DNA of 64,000 nucleotides from Auanema rhodensis (lineage: Eukaryota; Animalia; Nematoda). How positions within the stretch are numbered: the first letter of the stretch is position 1; every line of letters starts with the position of its first letter. Below are positions 63,146-64,000 of the stretch, one piece after another. The translations under genes were made by a program, and so were the position numbers. The stretch lies in NCBI GenBank assembly GCA_964057225.1, contig OZ059896.1, forward strand, positions 12,338,001 to 12,402,000. The letters run 5' to 3'. The notes under the pieces are model-generated. The model was given only the letters and a program-made list of their open reading frames with translations, had not been told where the DNA came from and ran no database searches.

Positions 63146-64000
63146 ACTGTAATTTGTCACAAAAAAACTGCCATATATGAGATTCAATCCTCCCTCTTGC
63201 GTAAAATAACAGAAAAACAATTACAAACAATATGATTGAGAGGAGATTTGAATTTTAAACTTTCTCGAAGTTTAAACTCTGCTTAATGCAGTTATCCAAG
63301 TTTGGTGCTGTAGTTGTGCTTAATTTAAAAGAATCTTGTTTGTTTTTCATCAACTAAGTGTGAAATTAAAAGTCATCACATGACCTCGAATATCAAGAAA
63401 CTGAGTTTTGAGCAGCAAAACTATTGTTAACGACATTGCGTCTTCACCGCACTTTTTATGCTCGAAATATAAATGTTCTTCTACCTTCTTTGTTAGGTGT
63501 AGAAAACTTAACACTTTGGTTGCTATTTCGAGACGAACGTTAACAGATAAAAGGATTCACCATCATATCACAAGAAATTATAATATGAATTCAACATTAA
63601 CAAAGAATACAAAAAAAAAACAAAAAATTATAAAAATAAAAAATATAATGAAATAAGACACAAATGGTTTGAAAGCAATCGATCTAAGTTAGAACAAAAA
63701 AACGTGTTATATCAGCATCATTTTTTAAGCGTGGCTTGTTTGGCCATCGGTCACTTGAGTATCTCGCACATGTTTAGTATGTGCTCGCCGATTTGACAGT
63801 GGAAAAATAAATAAACCGAATGAAACTAAAAGAAACAATAAACAAATGTAAGCTTTTATGCTGCTTGATGGTGCAGTATATAGTTATTTTCGAAGACTCG
63901 AAGTTTTGAACAAAAACTATAGTGAATCTGTGAAACATATATCGGCCAAAACAAAACGCAAAAGTTGAATGATCCGCCGAGATTTAAATTCGAGTAGGAG

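Larger units (their letters stand above)
61427..64000 (-). repeat. 894-bp tandem repeat (degenerate LTR + pseudo-tRNA-Gln); further units at 52845-53793 and 58681-59629
   Basis: ORF starts at 61620, 62514 and 63408 give a period of 894. Units differ by scattered substitutions. Confidence 0.93.

Overview
AT-rich eukaryotic DNA, most likely from a nematode (35-50 nt introns ending TTTTCAG/TTTAG, nematode-type tRNA-Gln, BEL/Pao element with a phlebovirus-like env). No clear host gene is present. The window is a scrambled mosaic of mobile elements: several Tc1/mariner families, one apparently intact 8-intron hAT element, Metaviridae (Ty3/Gypsy) fragments, a BEL/Pao element, a CR1-like LINE fragment, and a largely reconstructable Polinton/Maverick (pPolB, penton, major capsid, packaging ATPase, integrase, AGT-type terminus). 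Four higher-order structures are superimposed: a 4.29-kb tandem duplication (288-8747), a 4.58-kb tandem array (about 12468-31456), a 10.4-kb fold-back palindrome (51048-61426), and an 894-bp tandem repeat made of a degenerate LTR plus a pseudo-tRNA-Gln. The most notable signals are (i) a Gypsy-type element whose gag runs in frame into a class-III-like fusion glycoprotein that lies upstream of the protease (gag-env-pol order), (ii) the LTR+tRNA satellite, with a younger related Gypsy element inserted in it, and (iii) templated hairpin scars at the joints between unrelated elements. All family assignments come from motif recognition by eye; no searches were run.
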